Assembly (NCBI RefSeq): GCF_009914755.1
Contig: NC_060930.1
Reading direction: 5' to 3' (one strand)
Length of the DNA: 64,000 nt
Origin: the human T2T-CHM13v2.0 reference genome, Homo sapiens
Made by a program: the position numbers and the translations under genes. Below are positions 38,751-53,269 of the stretch, piece after piece (within the stretch, counting starts at the first letter, position 1; every line of letters begins with the position of its first letter). The notes beneath the pieces are model-generated. The model saw only the letters and a list, made by a program, of their open reading frames with translations. It ran no database searches and had not been told where the DNA came from.

Positions 38751-39541
38751 CCTTTTAAGGACTTCTGCTCATTTCACAGAGGTAATTATTGTTTGAAGCT
38801 CTTAACTACAGACTGAGATTTGGGACTTAGGTTTTAAAATGTGAAGAGAAACAGAGCAGCAGTTGTCTTAGGCAGAGCAATTTACTAATGCAATATTCTT
38901 CTCGATTAGGCTCTCTCAGATAAATGTTCTGAAATAAAAAATGCTTTTTAAAAGTGTATCACTTCTGCATAAATGGAGGTCTTAAAAAAGTGTATCACAA
39001 CTGTTGGTTGTGAAAATGAGTACAAGATCACTTCCAAACAGCTTTTGACACTGGTGTGTTTCATTTATAGCTAGATCACTTACCTAGTCATATCAAACTT
39101 TTGTCCAGCTATGTACCTGAATGTTATTAAAATAATATTACCATAAAGGAATGTCTATAACATTATGATTTTGAAAGGAGTAACATTAAGAAGGAAAATC
39201 TTAGCATCCTCACTCAGGTCATTCATTCAAAGTAACACACGGTAAACACTCCAGGAAATCCAGGACATGAGATACCTCTGGTTGTTGACAGGCTTGCCTC
39301 ATCATTAACCCTCAAGTCTCTACAACATGAAGAATGTCTCAAGATACTTTATGTGCTTCATCCTACATAACAAAACGGTATGAATCTGCCGAGATTGAAA
39401 CTTTTTAGAAATTGTTTAATTAACTAGTTTTGGGGACCGTTTTACTAATTACATATGTGAAATTAACACTAAGGGAAACTGAAGGAGGTCCTCTTGGCCA
39501 CAGGTAAAGTAGGAAGGGAGACACACACACCACACACATAT

Positions 39542-39572
<31 letters not shown>

Positions 39573-40216
39573 AACATTATTGATTAACAAACTAGAATAT
39601 GGCCCTGACAAAAATCTCACCAATACCATTATAAAGGTTGACCCTCTTCCTGAGATCAATTTATCAGATTAAAGATACCCTCTTTTTGACATGCAAACTG
39701 AAGATGAACCAAGGGCATATGTAAAGGTGTGGATGTAATATTTTAAGAGTTGCATACTTGCAGTAAGTAGCTTATGTGCTGGGTAACCCTATGTCTCTGA
39801 GAAAGTCTGCCACTTCAATCAGGAGTGTGTGTATGTCCTTCTTTTTAAAGAAATGACCCTCACCTGCTCAAGCCATTCAAAAACATCTCAGTTCTTCTCA
39901 TTCCAAATACCACACTGACAGCATGCACCCTGCCCCTTTAATGTATTTACTACCATACACATGTAAAATTGCATTTGCTCAGACTCAGTCTTTCTGAGTC
40001 TGAGCCAACCATGATTTAAAAAAAAAAAAAAAAGAGACTTCTATTAAGATGAAAGAGCTCTCATGTGAAATTAACTGACTCTTCTCGAGCTAATGGATCT
40101 TTTAGAAACTTAATCTATTCACAGTCCCCAAAAGTGGGTTCTAATAGAGGTAGAAAGTATATAAGTGAAGTATGAGATAATTCAGAATCATCAGAACTTT
40201 TAAAAAATTACAAAGG

Positions 40217-40486
40217 GGCTGGGCACAGCGGCTAACACCAGCACTTTGGGAAGCTGAAGTGGAAGGATCACTTGACGACAGGAGTTCAAGGCCTGCCTGG
40301 GCAACACAGCAAAACCCTGTCTCTACAAAAAATTAGCTGACCATGGCAGCACATGCCTGTAGTCCCAGCTTCTTGGGGAGCTGAAGTGAGATTATGGCTT
40401 GGGGCCAGGAGGTCATGGGTGCCGTGAGCCATGATTGTGCCACTGCACTCCAGCCTGGGCAACATGACCATGTCTCCAAAAAAAAA
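40217..40486 (+). mobile_element. Alu (AluJ-type, diverged)
   Basis: Dimeric Alu with gaggtc..ggtgccgtgagccatgattgtgcc J-type right arm. Confidence 0.9.
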
Positions 40487-41342
40487 GTGGGGGGTCGGGG
40501 TGAGATGTGGGTAAATTACTGTTTGAAAAATATATATGCTTCCCCTCACACACACCAAATGCAACAGCCCCAGGTTAAAATCCACTAAAAATAACCCTGG
40601 GGATATATTATTTCACCCCTACTAAGAGTTCACTTTACAGATATCTCCAGACCAAAATGAAGCAAAGAAGAGTGGTAGCCAAATGTCAAGATAACTGAGG
40701 GGAAAAACCCACTTTGCCCTTACGGCCAAAAAAGGGTGATAGATTTATTTTTTCCACAACTATCCAGATAATTAAAGTTTTCAGTTTTGTTTTGTTTTAT
40801 GAAAACCTATTCCCTTACCATTGTTTTTCCTTAACCTTTGGATTAGCTGTCTATTGTTGCTATTAGTTTATTTTTAAATAATGTGGTGACAAGCCACAGC
40901 ATACAGAATAATTCATATAATTAGATATTGTTGCTATCATCAAATTATGTTCTTTAATCATACTAGGCATATGTGCATGACTGACTCAGTATTCTACAAT
41001 AATCAGACTCTCTCTCTCTCTCTCTAACACACACACTCACACACACACACAGGCAATAAAGTAAATTTATTTTGAAGGCTTTTCCCCCTGGGAATGATTA
41101 TTCAGACTAAAGCATTTCCGACATAATCTGCAGAGGAAGTGGTGCTGCTAAGAACTATTAGAAATTTGTGTTTTGTATACAGTCAACAAGGAACTGATGT
41201 TTCAACACATATTGTTAATATATTACTGTTCAGCTGCATCCTTTCCCACAGCCCTCTCAGAAGTGTGAGCATTCTGAGAACCTCTGATAAATTTACAAGT
41301 AAAACCGAATATCCCAACTTCAAGGATGAGTCATGATGAAAC

Positions 41343-41589
41343 TTTTTTTTTTTTTGAGACAGTCTCGCTCTGTCCCCCAGGGTGGAGTGCAGAGGCGTGA
41401 TCTCGGCTCACCGCAGGCTCCGCCTCCCGGGTTCACTCCACTCTCCTGCCTCAGCCTCCTGAGTAGCTGGGACTACAGGCGCCCGCCACCTCGCCTGGCT
41501 AATTTTTTTTGTATTTTTAGTTTCACGGTGTTAGCCAGGATGGTCTCGATCTCCTGACCTTGTGATCCACCCACTTTGGCCTCCCAAAG
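41343..41589 (-). mobile_element. Alu (AluY-like), 5'-truncated
   Basis: ctccgcctcccgggttcac..; gggactacaggcgcccgccacc; gtgttagccaggatgg; TSD-like aaactttt. Confidence 0.92.
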
Positions 41590-42195
41590 AAAACTTTTCA
41601 ATAAGAAGATAGATTAATGCTATTGGGGGGTGGGGGGAAGGCAAATAAATTAAATAAGAGCATTGACCCATTATCTCTACACCCATTTCTCAAACCAAAT
41701 TTTCCCACCTTGTTCACTTAAATAAGCATAGTGATTTTTAAAAGCAAAAATAATTTATTAAGTTATTTAATAAGTTAATTAAGTTCTTTAATATACCAGT
41801 GAAGAGAAAAATAGACACTTGCTTCAAAACAATGTTTACTTTAACAATGTTTGGGGGTAGTGGGTGGGTGGCATGAGGCAAGTTTTCAATCAAACATTCT
41901 CTGTTAACATTTATTGCCTGACTCTGAGATGATGAATATAAGCTCACTGGTACCAGAGAATTTTTCAGTTTGTTTTTTTCTGGCTACCTAAGCACCAAAG
42001 TAAGTGTTCAATAAATAAGAAAGACTGAATGAGCAAATGAACATATAAAAGATTAAAGAAAAGATAAAGAAAACTATAGAGCATACAGAAAATGCTTCCA
42101 GGCTCTCTGGACAGAGTTGGTCATCATTAGATACATATAAAAACTCGTAAAAAGAAATTATTTGATTATGAATTAATTATTTTGAATTTGTTAAA

Positions 42196-42785
<590 letters not shown>

Positions 42786-44059
42786 TATATACAATAGTCA
42801 CAGTAGCCTGTTCTTATCAATCACTGAGAGTTACGGCATATGAACTTCACTATCCCTGAATATATATACTTTTGACCAAAAAATACATTTAAAATCCAAC
42901 AGCTTTGGAGGCAGATAGGAAAAAAAGATGGGATCATTTCATGATTAGCATAGTAAAATAAAAACTCGTTGGAACTGAAGTCCCGTTGAATACTAGAAAA
43001 GAAAAAAATTGGACTGAAAAGAAGATAATTGCTTTAAGAAAAAGTCTATTTTTAAGCAAAGGATATGAGCTGTTCAGTATTGTTTCTAAAACAAGCAATG
43101 CATGATATTTTATGATGAATGAGTTTAATGCTTAATGAAATTCTAAAATTACATTCTAAAAATATATTTTTGGTCTATGATTTGATTTGATGAGCAATTT
43201 AAAAATGTTTTGGAGCTATGTGTTCTCAAAGTTGTAATCAACAACAAGAAAAAATAAAAAACAATGTAGGGGAAATCATACATTAGTAAGTTCTTTGGCA
43301 TCAACATAATATTATATTACACTTGACATAATCAGCTTTCACAATTTGAAAATACTTGCATTTTCAATTAATCTAGCTATTCTTCTATTTAGATTTTATA
43401 AAACCTTAAAAGAAACAGCACTAACACTGTTATAATAATATATACATATATTCATTATAAAATAGATACTTGTCCTGACAATTAATAAGCACTGTCACAC
43501 CTACAAATAAATATTCATAAAATATTAAATTATTTATTTTTCCAACGCTTCAGGAAAGAGAAAGACTAGGTTTTAAATAAACTAATAATATTTTTGCTTT
43601 TGCCATAAATTAAGCACTTACATGCATGTATTAGACATTAAAATTCTCATTTCTCTGCTTGTGTGCTTGAAAGTGGGTTATTAGAACTAAAGCCTAAAAG
43701 TTGTTGTTTTTTTGACACCCCATAAGCCAACCTCTGGAGGACAAGCCTACCAGAACATGTCTAATCCTGAAAGTTATTTCAGGACCATATTCTACAGACA
43801 CTTACAGATCACAAGCATCCTACTTTTCAATAGGATCAGATAACCTTCTCCTGAGACTATTTCCTGCTTCCTTTCCTGTGCCAGAGTCATGACCTACTCC
43901 TGCTCAATACTCAGTTCCTAGTTGTAACGGATGACTTTTAACAATTTCTTAAAAGGGGTTGGGACATTTACTCTTTAAGAAACAGATACAGAATCAGAAA
44001 GCCAGTGATTGAGCATAGAACCACAAAGAACAATGCATTTTCTCCTCAAGGTATATAGG

Positions 44060-44095
44060 TTTGTATATACACACTATATGTGTATATACATATAC

Positions 44096-44126
<31 letters not shown>

Positions 44127-44237
44127 TACACATACACACACACTGTATATATATACACACACAGTATATATACACAGCATATACACACACACTGTATATA
44201 TATATACACACTGTATATATATATATATATACACACA

Positions 44238-44268
<31 letters not shown>
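44060..44268. repeat. Compound (TA)n/(CA)n low-complexity repeat
   Basis: Alternating purine-pyrimidine tract of ~200 bp; generates the YIYTH-type spurious ORFs. Confidence 0.95.
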
Positions 44269-44272
<4 letters not shown>

Positions 44273-44456
44273 ACTCTGAAAAATGGGCTTTCTTAAAAAT
44301 ACAGACATTAAGATATTTGATTCCGGAGTAGGGTAAAGCTAGTTTAAGTCCAGACTCCCTTATTTATTACCTGAGTGAGCTTAGCAAATCACTTAATCTC
44401 TCTTAAGCCACCTTTCCCTCTTCTATAAGATTAATAAAAGAATTTAAGACTATTCA

Positions 44457-44986
44457 GTTCTTCCCTTTTGCAGCCATTGCCGAAGCGAAAGCAGCCAAAA
44501 TGAAGTCCAATCCCTTTGGGACTTCTGACTGAAACAGAACTGTAAGAAGCATTTCAATGCACCTTCCCACATTTGCAGGAAGATTATGTCTTCATCTCTT
44601 TCCAAAGAGCTGGATCTGAAGTACAATGTTAGATCCATGCCTACGTGAAAGGATGATGAAGTTCAGATTGTGCAAGAACACTATAAAGTTCAGCAAACTG
44701 GCAACGTAGTCCAGGTTCACAGGGAAAAAATATGTCATTTACATTGAATGGGTGCAGCAGGAAAAGGCTAACAGCACCACTGTCCATGTGGGCATTTACT
44801 CCAGCAAGGTGGTTGTCACTGGGCTAACACTAGATGAAGACCACAAAAAAGACCCCTGAAAGGAAAGCCAAATCTTGTCAAGTAGCAGGGAAAGGGGGAT
44901 ATATAAGGAAGAAACAATAGAGAAGATGCAGGTATAAAGTAATTTTATATAAAACTTTCATTTAAAACTGCTAAAATGGAAAAAAT
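44457..44986 (+). pseudogene. RPL26 processed pseudogene (recalled as RPL26P20)
   Basis: 5' TOP-like cttcccttttg; ATG 44500 [10 protein letters not shown] (CGA>TGA at 44530); [33 protein letters not shown]..; ends YKEETIEKMQV* at 44937; intronless, frameshifts; TSD gactattca 44448-44456 and 44987-44995. Confidence 0.95.
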
Positions 44987-45410
44987 GACTATTCACAATA
45001 TCCAAACACTAGCAACACTCTAAATGCTTTCTACAATTGAACAGATAAATAAATTGTGGTATAGTCATACAGTAGCATTGAGAATGAACAATCTACAACT
45101 ACACAGCAGTGTAAATAAATCTCTCAAACAAAATGTTAAGTGCAAGAAACCAGACTCAAAAAGTACACTGTATGATTCCATAAATATCAAGTTCAAAAAG
45201 AGACAAAGCTAATCTATGGTGTTGGAAGTCAGGACAGTAGTTGCCCTTAGGAGATGGGAATACGATTCGAAGTGGACATGAGGAAAGTGTCTATGGCATT
45301 GGTAATGTTCAGTTTCTCGCTAGTGACACTAGTGTGTTCAATTTTGAAAATTAATCAGGCTGTATACTTATGATTTGTGTATGTTATAATTCAGTGAAAT
45401 TTTTTCAATT
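44987..45410 (+). mobile_element. L1ME-type 3' fragment
   Basis: ataaataaattgtggtatagtcatac...gtacactgtatgattccat...ctaatctatggtgttggaagtcagga. Confidence 0.75.
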
Positions 45411-45509
45411 AAATGTAATTGAAAATATATCATGCCTACGAGTCCTTGCCTTCTGAAATATTTACAGATAATATGATGTCTAGAATTTGCTTCAAAACAA
45501 TCCAGTGTT

Positions 45510-45783
45510 GGCTGAGAAGGATTACAGGTGGCTCACGCCTGTAATCCCAGCACTTTGGGAAGCTGAGGTGGGCAGATCACCCTCCTCAGCCTGGCCAACA
45601 TGGCCAACATGGTGAAACCCCATCTCTACTAAAAATACAAAAATTAGCTGGGTGTGGTGGTGCACGCCTGTAGTCCCAGCTACTCAGTGGCTGAGGCGAG
45701 AGAATTGCTTGAATCCATGGGAGGCGTGATCACTCCCGCCTGGGCAATAGAGGAAGACTCAGTCTCAAAAAAAAAAAAAAAAG
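45510..45783 (+). mobile_element. Rearranged AluS element
   Basis: Alu dimer with local inverted/duplicated segments and deletions; TSD aatccag(t/c)gt. Confidence 0.9.
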
Positions 45784-46065
45784 AAATCCAGCGTGGGGAG
45801 AGGAAGAGAAGTGGGTGAGGGTATAATGAAACAGAATTGACCATCACTTGACTGCTGTTAAAGCTGGGAAACAGGTAATCATTATACTGCACACTCTTTC
45901 TATTTTCATATAGGTTTTAAGTTTTCTGTAATTAAATGTCTTTAATGCTTACTGTCTGGCATATAAATAGACACTCACTAAATGTTAGTTATTATTTATA
46001 TAATTAATATTATGACTATCTGAGTCTTTACATAGAAGTCACATGGAATTCCATTGGTGTCATTA

Positions 46066-46388
<323 letters not shown>

Positions 46389-47226
46389 GGAGATAATTGA
46401 ATTTATACTATTAATATACACTATTAGCAACTGAGATTTAAAAAAATTGAATATAAAAAAGTTTATTCTCAAAGAAGGTGATTTTTTTTTTAAAAAGAAA
46501 AACAATTTTAAGAAAAAAAAAAAAGGTAAAGAAACTAGAAATGCCAGCCTGAAGCAATTAGTTTAAAAACCACTGGAAAAGAGGCTTCATCCTTGCTTTT
46601 TTAACAAAACTTTTAACAAAACCAGCAGGATATTTTTCTTGCCTTATCTGATAATTAAAGGTAAAAAATATCAAGAAAGTAAGGCATCCAGACAGCAAAA
46701 GCTGTAGGCCAACAGTTCGTAAATAACAGGAAATGTCATCACAAAGGTCGAACATTCAGGATGAAAAATTCAGGGCGAGAAGTGTTCAGAAACACTTGAA
46801 TTTGGTATCCATCTTACAGCTGAGTCGGCCTTTGTATCCTTAATATTTGCATTCTTCACTTCTTTCATCTGAAAATGAAGTAATAAATCACCTTCTGGGA
46901 GAGGTGGAAGGGACAAGAAAGTGTTTTTGAAATGACAAAATATCTGAAAACTTTGTGTCTCAAAGTTTTCCTTTCAGTCACCTACCTTGAGAACTATGAG
47001 CTAAGTCAACTATATGGTGAAATGATGGAGAACGTTCTTTTAAAAGCTTTATGTTAAATAAGTATAATATAAAATAAATGTGGAAATTAGAGTCATTAGG
47101 TAGAGTGAGACAATTAAAAAGTCAATGAAAACTACAAAACAGTAATTTTTAAAAAAACCAAAACTGACCTTTATAAGATAATTACAAGTTCCTTGTTGAA
47201 TCTTTAGCCCTTAAAAATAGCTTTAT

Positions 47227-47365
47227 AGTCGGTGCAGTGACTCCCACCTGTAGTCTCAGCTGAAGCGGGAGATGGCTTAGCTAGGAGTTCAAGGCTGCAG
47301 TGAGCTATGATTGTGCCACTGTACTCCAGCCTGGGTGGCAGAGCAAGACCTCGTCTCTAATAAAA
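47227..47365 (+). mobile_element. Alu right-monomer (FRAM/AluJ fragment)
   Basis: aggagttcaaggctgcagtgagctatgattgtgccactgtactccagcctggg. Confidence 0.85.
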
Positions 47366-48698
47366 TATTAATAATATTGCAGAAAAATATTAAATTTAGT
47401 TAATGAATTAGAAAAAACTCACTGAAAGTTAAATGAAAACAGCAGGTAATAAAACAGCATTAAATGTATTGTTGCATTATCCTATTTAAAGATAGATGTA
47501 GATGATATAGATATAGATACAGATATGAAAATAGAAATACATATATAGAAATTCCCTCCCCATATTATGCATATGTATTTCTATAGAAATACATATACAC
47601 ATACATATATGTGTATAAATGTGTGGATCTGAAATATTTACACATAATAATTACGATGGTTATCTTTCTGTATGTTCTCTAAAGTTTTCATATTGATTTT
47701 TTTTATAATAGGAAAATAAGATAATTTAAAATTATTTCCTATTGGGGTGGTTTTCCAACATGTTGCTAAGGTGCAGGCTTGAAGATTCGTGCTTGGTATG
47801 ACTTGCCTTTCCTGTTACTACTCAGGATTTCAATGAGTCTGCCTCAGGATAATGTAATTATTAAGCAAATGACATAGTTGAATTTTGTCTGGTGTGGATC
47901 TGGCATTCAATTTCCTTAACTAAATTCCTCTTAATATTCACTCACGGAAAAAAAGAAAAAAGGTCATTTCGTGATTCTTCAAAATGAATTATGGTTGCTT
48001 TGCTTTCCATACTGTATGTGGGTTTTTCTGCTCTTTTATCCTTAAGAATGTCTTAACTTGCCATAACATTATATCATTGCATTTGCCTCTGTAGCTTTCT
48101 CCTGTGACACTTTCCCTTTGAGCCATCGATTGTGTTTGGGTCTGCCTGGAAATTTCTGCATGATGCAAGGAGGAGATATTTTCTCCTTTAGGGCTTACCT
48201 GAGGAAAAGTTTCAGTCATTTTGCTGTTGTTGACCTTAAGCGATAGAGGACAGAGAAACACTTTTTGCACTTCCTTAGCAATAGCTAGAACATGACATCA
48301 CTATCTGAACATGTCTTATGGTAGAAACAGCCCTGGGAAAAAGGAGACTTTGTTCTGACCCCAACTAGCAAGACAATTTTTAAAAATGATTTAATCCCTC
48401 TGAGCCTATTTCCTCAATTGTCAAGTGGGAATAATGGTGTTTAATCTACACACCCCACCACCACTCTGCACCCTCCACCAGCACCACCACTGTGATGATG
48501 GGGAGCCACAGCTCTAAAAGCGAGAATGTTCCATCAGAGCAAGGAAAGGCAATGGTGTTGTTGGGTTCACCCCCGTCAATTTCCACTATCTAAAATTATT
48601 TTCATTGCCTAAAAATATTTTTATTACCTAAAAAGGTTTCCTTGTTATAAGCTTCATTTCTAACATAAAACATCTTTTTTACAAAACCTATTTTATTG

Positions 48699-49134
<436 letters not shown>

Positions 49135-49727
49135 TATTTTATTGCTTAGGTTTTTATACATAATTCTAAACTGTTGAAAACATTGTCAGATATGTAAAGT
49201 AAAGAGGCAAGAATCTTTTTTTTCAAAAGCTGCTGATTTAATTAGTTGTAACCTCGCTGAAAGAAAAAAAAAGTTACAGTTCCAAAGCCAAATTTTGCAC
49301 ATTTAGGTAAACAAATAGTAAGTATTCTGAACTTCTCTGTGTGTGTGTGCTTGGAAATTCCGTCATCTGTAAAGCAGGTGCATTTGAATGTAAATTGACC
49401 AACACCATTTGTCAGAAAATGAATACATGTATTATGGAAGTAATAGACTTAAGCTACACACCAAGACCATAAACTCTAGATGTTTTCAAAGTATAAATAA
49501 GTAGATGAGAATGAGAAAGGGGAGTTGACAATGAGTGGTGACAGGAGCATAGCTCATCTTAGTGCCGGTTCAGACCTGCAAACAAGATGGCTGGTCCAAC
49601 ATGAAACCAGTTCCCCTGAAAAAACATGAATTCCATGTTTGCCTGTGTGGAATTCAATCAAAATCTGCTATAGGATTTATGTAATAAATGAATGTGGTGC
49701 ATTTACTCTGTGCAAGGCCCCCTATAG

Positions 49728-49938
49728 CAATAGTTTTCAAGTGAGAGACATTTTGTCTGCCAAGGGACATTTGGCAATATCTGGAGATGACTTTGGTTGT
49801 CATAACTGAGGGTTGGACTGCCATCCAATGGTAGAGGCCAGGGATGCTGCTAAATATCCTAAAAGGTACAGGATAGCTGCCCCAAACAAATAATTATCCG
49901 GTCCAAAATATCAATAGTGCTAAGGTGAAGAAACCCTG
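49728..49938 (+). mobile_element. MER20
   Basis: gggacatttggcaatatctggaga...gtagaggccagggatgctgctaaa...aatagtgctaaggtgaagaaaccctg. Confidence 0.9.
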
Positions 49939-50127
49939 CATTGGAAGATTAAAAAAATAATAATAATCAGACAAGAACGGTGCTCAGGAGCTTAGAGTCT
50001 GGCAATGAAGAGGAGGCAAATACATAAGAAAATGGGCAAAGCAAGAAGAGCTATAAGAAATACACAAAGGAAAAATTATTTATAGCTTAGGGATCAGTGA
50101 AAATTTTGAAAAATAACACTAAGGCAT

Positions 50128-50669
50128 TGTTACCAGTGAGGGGTCATCCAGGTTCTTGGTATTTTGAACAAAGAATTGGACAAAATGCACAAACAAAGTA
50201 ATAAAAGAAGCAACGAAAGCACAGATTTATTAAAATGAAAGTATGCTCCACAGAGTGGGAGTAGGATCAAGTAAGAGGCTCAAGGGTGCTGGTTACAGAA
50301 TTTTCTGGGGTTTAAATACCCTCTAGAGGTTTCCCATTGTTTCCTAGTCACACCCTATGTAAATGAAGTAGTCACCCATGACCAGTCTGTTTAGTTGCAG
50401 GAGGAGAACAATTAGAGGCTGAAGTGAATTACAAAGTTATACCCCTATGCAAATGAAGACCAGGCCCGCGACCAGTCTGATCAGTTGCAGGAGGGGACCT
50501 AGCAGAAGTACTTTCCATTTTTCATCTGCAATGCAGTGCAAAGGGAATAGCCCCTGATCCTTTTGTTACCTGGGGTGGAGAGGTAGGGTTTTCCTTTTGA
50601 TTCATTTCTAGGAAGTCAACATGAATTGGACTTAGGTTCCCTGCCTCCAGACCCTATTCTCCTGTCTCA
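50128..50669 (-). mobile_element. MER51-family solo LTR (ERV1)
   Basis: TG...CA termini; minus strand begins TGAGACAGGAGAATAGGGTCTGGAGGCAGGGAACCTAAG; 4-bp TSD gcat/gtat. Confidence 0.88.
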
Positions 50670-50863
50670 GTATCACCAGTGAAGGCTGCGAAACAGTAAA
50701 GATGGCAGGGTATTCAGATAGGAGGAGAGGAAGTCAAATTATTTCTGTTTGCAGATGACATGATCCTATATCTAGAAAACCCCATCATCTCAGCCCAAAA
50801 ACTTCTTAAGATGATAAGCAACTTCACCAACGACGCAGGACACAAAATTAATGTGCAAAAATT

Positions 50864-51174
<311 letters not shown>

Positions 51175-53269
51175 AAAATTAATGTGCAAAAATTACTAGC
51201 ATTCCTATATAACAATAGGCAAGCAGAGAGCCAAATCATGAATGCACTCCCATTCACAATTGCTACAAAAAGAATAAAATACCTAGAAATATAGCTAACA
51301 AGGGAAGTGAAGGCCCTCTTCAAGGAGAACTACAAAACACTGCTCAAAGAAATCAGAGAAGACACAAACAAATGGAAAAGCACACCATGCTCATGGATAG
51401 GAAGAATCAATATCATGAAAATGGCCATATTGCCCAGAGTAATTTATAGATTCAATGCTATTCTCATTAAACTACCATTGACATTCTTCACAGAATTAGA
51501 AAAAACTATTTTAAGATGTATTTGGAACCAAAAAAGAACCCAAATATCCACGACAATCCTAAGCAAAAAGAACAACGCTGGAGGCATCATGCTACCCAAC
51601 TTCAAACTATACTACAAGTCCACAGTAACCAAAAGAGCATGGTACTGGTACAAGAACAGACACATAGACAAATGGAACAGAATAGAGAACTCAGAAATAA
51701 GACTGCACACCTACAGCCATCTGATCTTCAACAAACCTGACAAAAATAAGCAATGGGGAAAGGATTCCCTATTTAATAAATGGTGCTGGGAGAACTGTCT
51801 AGACATATGCAGAAAATTGAAACTGGACCCCTTCCTTACACCATAAACAAAAATTCACTCAAGATGGATTTAAGACTTAAATGTAAAACCCAAAACTATA
51901 AAAACCTTAGAAGAAAATCTAGTCAATACCATTCAGGATACAGGCATGGGCAAACATTTTATGATGAAATCTCTAAAAGAAATTGCAACAAAAGCAATAA
52001 TAGACAAATGGAATCTAATTAAACTAAACAGCTTCTACATAGGAAAAGAAACTATCATAAACTATTATCAGAGTGAACAGACAACCTACAAAATGGGAGA
52101 AATTTATTGCAATCTATCCATCTGACAAAGGCCTAAAATCCAGAGTCTACAAGGAACTTAAACAAATTTACAAGAAAAAAAAATTAAAAAGTGGGCAAAA
52201 GACATGAACAGACACTTCTCAAAAGAAAACATACGTGTGGCCAAAAAACATATGAAAAAAAGCTCAACATTACTGATCATTAGAGAAATGCAAATCAAAA
52301 CCACAATTTGATACCATCTCATACCAGTCAGAATGGCATTTATTAAAAAGTCAAGAAACAATAGCTGCTGGTGAGGCTTTGGAGAAATAGGAATGCTTTC
52401 ACACTGTTGAATGTAAATTAGTTCAACCACTGTGAAAGACAGTGTGGCAATTCCTCAAAGACACAGAACCAGAAATACCATTTGACCAACAATCCCATTA
52501 CTGGGTATATATCCAAAGGAATATAAACCACACTATTATAAAGATACATATACACATATGTTCATTGCAGCCCTATCCACAATAGCAAAGACATAGAATC
52601 AACCTAACTGCCCGTCAGTGATAGACTGAATGAAGAAAACATGGTACATATACACCACGGAATACTATGCAGCCATAAAAATCCATTCTGGGACATGGAT
52701 GGAGTTGGAAGCCATTATCTTCAGTAAACTAATGCAGGAACAAGAAACCAAACACCAAGTTCTCACTTATAAGTGGGAGCTGAATGATGAGAACATATGG
52801 ACACATGGCGGGAGTGAACGACACACACTGGGGCCCGTCAAAGGGTGAGGGTGTCAGGGGAGGATGAGTACTAGGAAGAATAGCTAATGGATGCTGGGCT
52901 TAATACCTAGGTGATGGAATGATCTGTGCAACAAATCGCCATGGCACACGTTTACCTATGTAACAAACCTGCACATCATGCACATGTACCCCTGAACTTA
53001 AAATAAAAGTTGAAGAGGAAAAAAGGAAAATAACACTGTAAATATCCATCTTAACATTCCTTTAAAAACTAAATTTAAAGGCGCTAGTGATTTTTATCAT
53101 TCCTTTTTAATATAAATAAAAATAACCACCAAATATCTATGGAAAGATCCACTCTATTCTTGCAACTGTATTAAACTGTCTGAGAAGACAAAGCTGAGTA
53201 AAACAGAGTCACTACTCTCTGGAACTCAGAATGGTCACATCTGTAATTCCACACTGACATTATTGAGAT

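Noticed and set aside
43994-44331. Cluster of Tyr/Ile/His/Thr or Cys/Val-rich ORFs
   Set aside because: Translations of the (TA)/(CA) microsatellite.
51307-51846. 179-aa ORF, the longest in the window
   Set aside because: L1 ORF2p fragment between disruptions in a truncated element; not a host gene.
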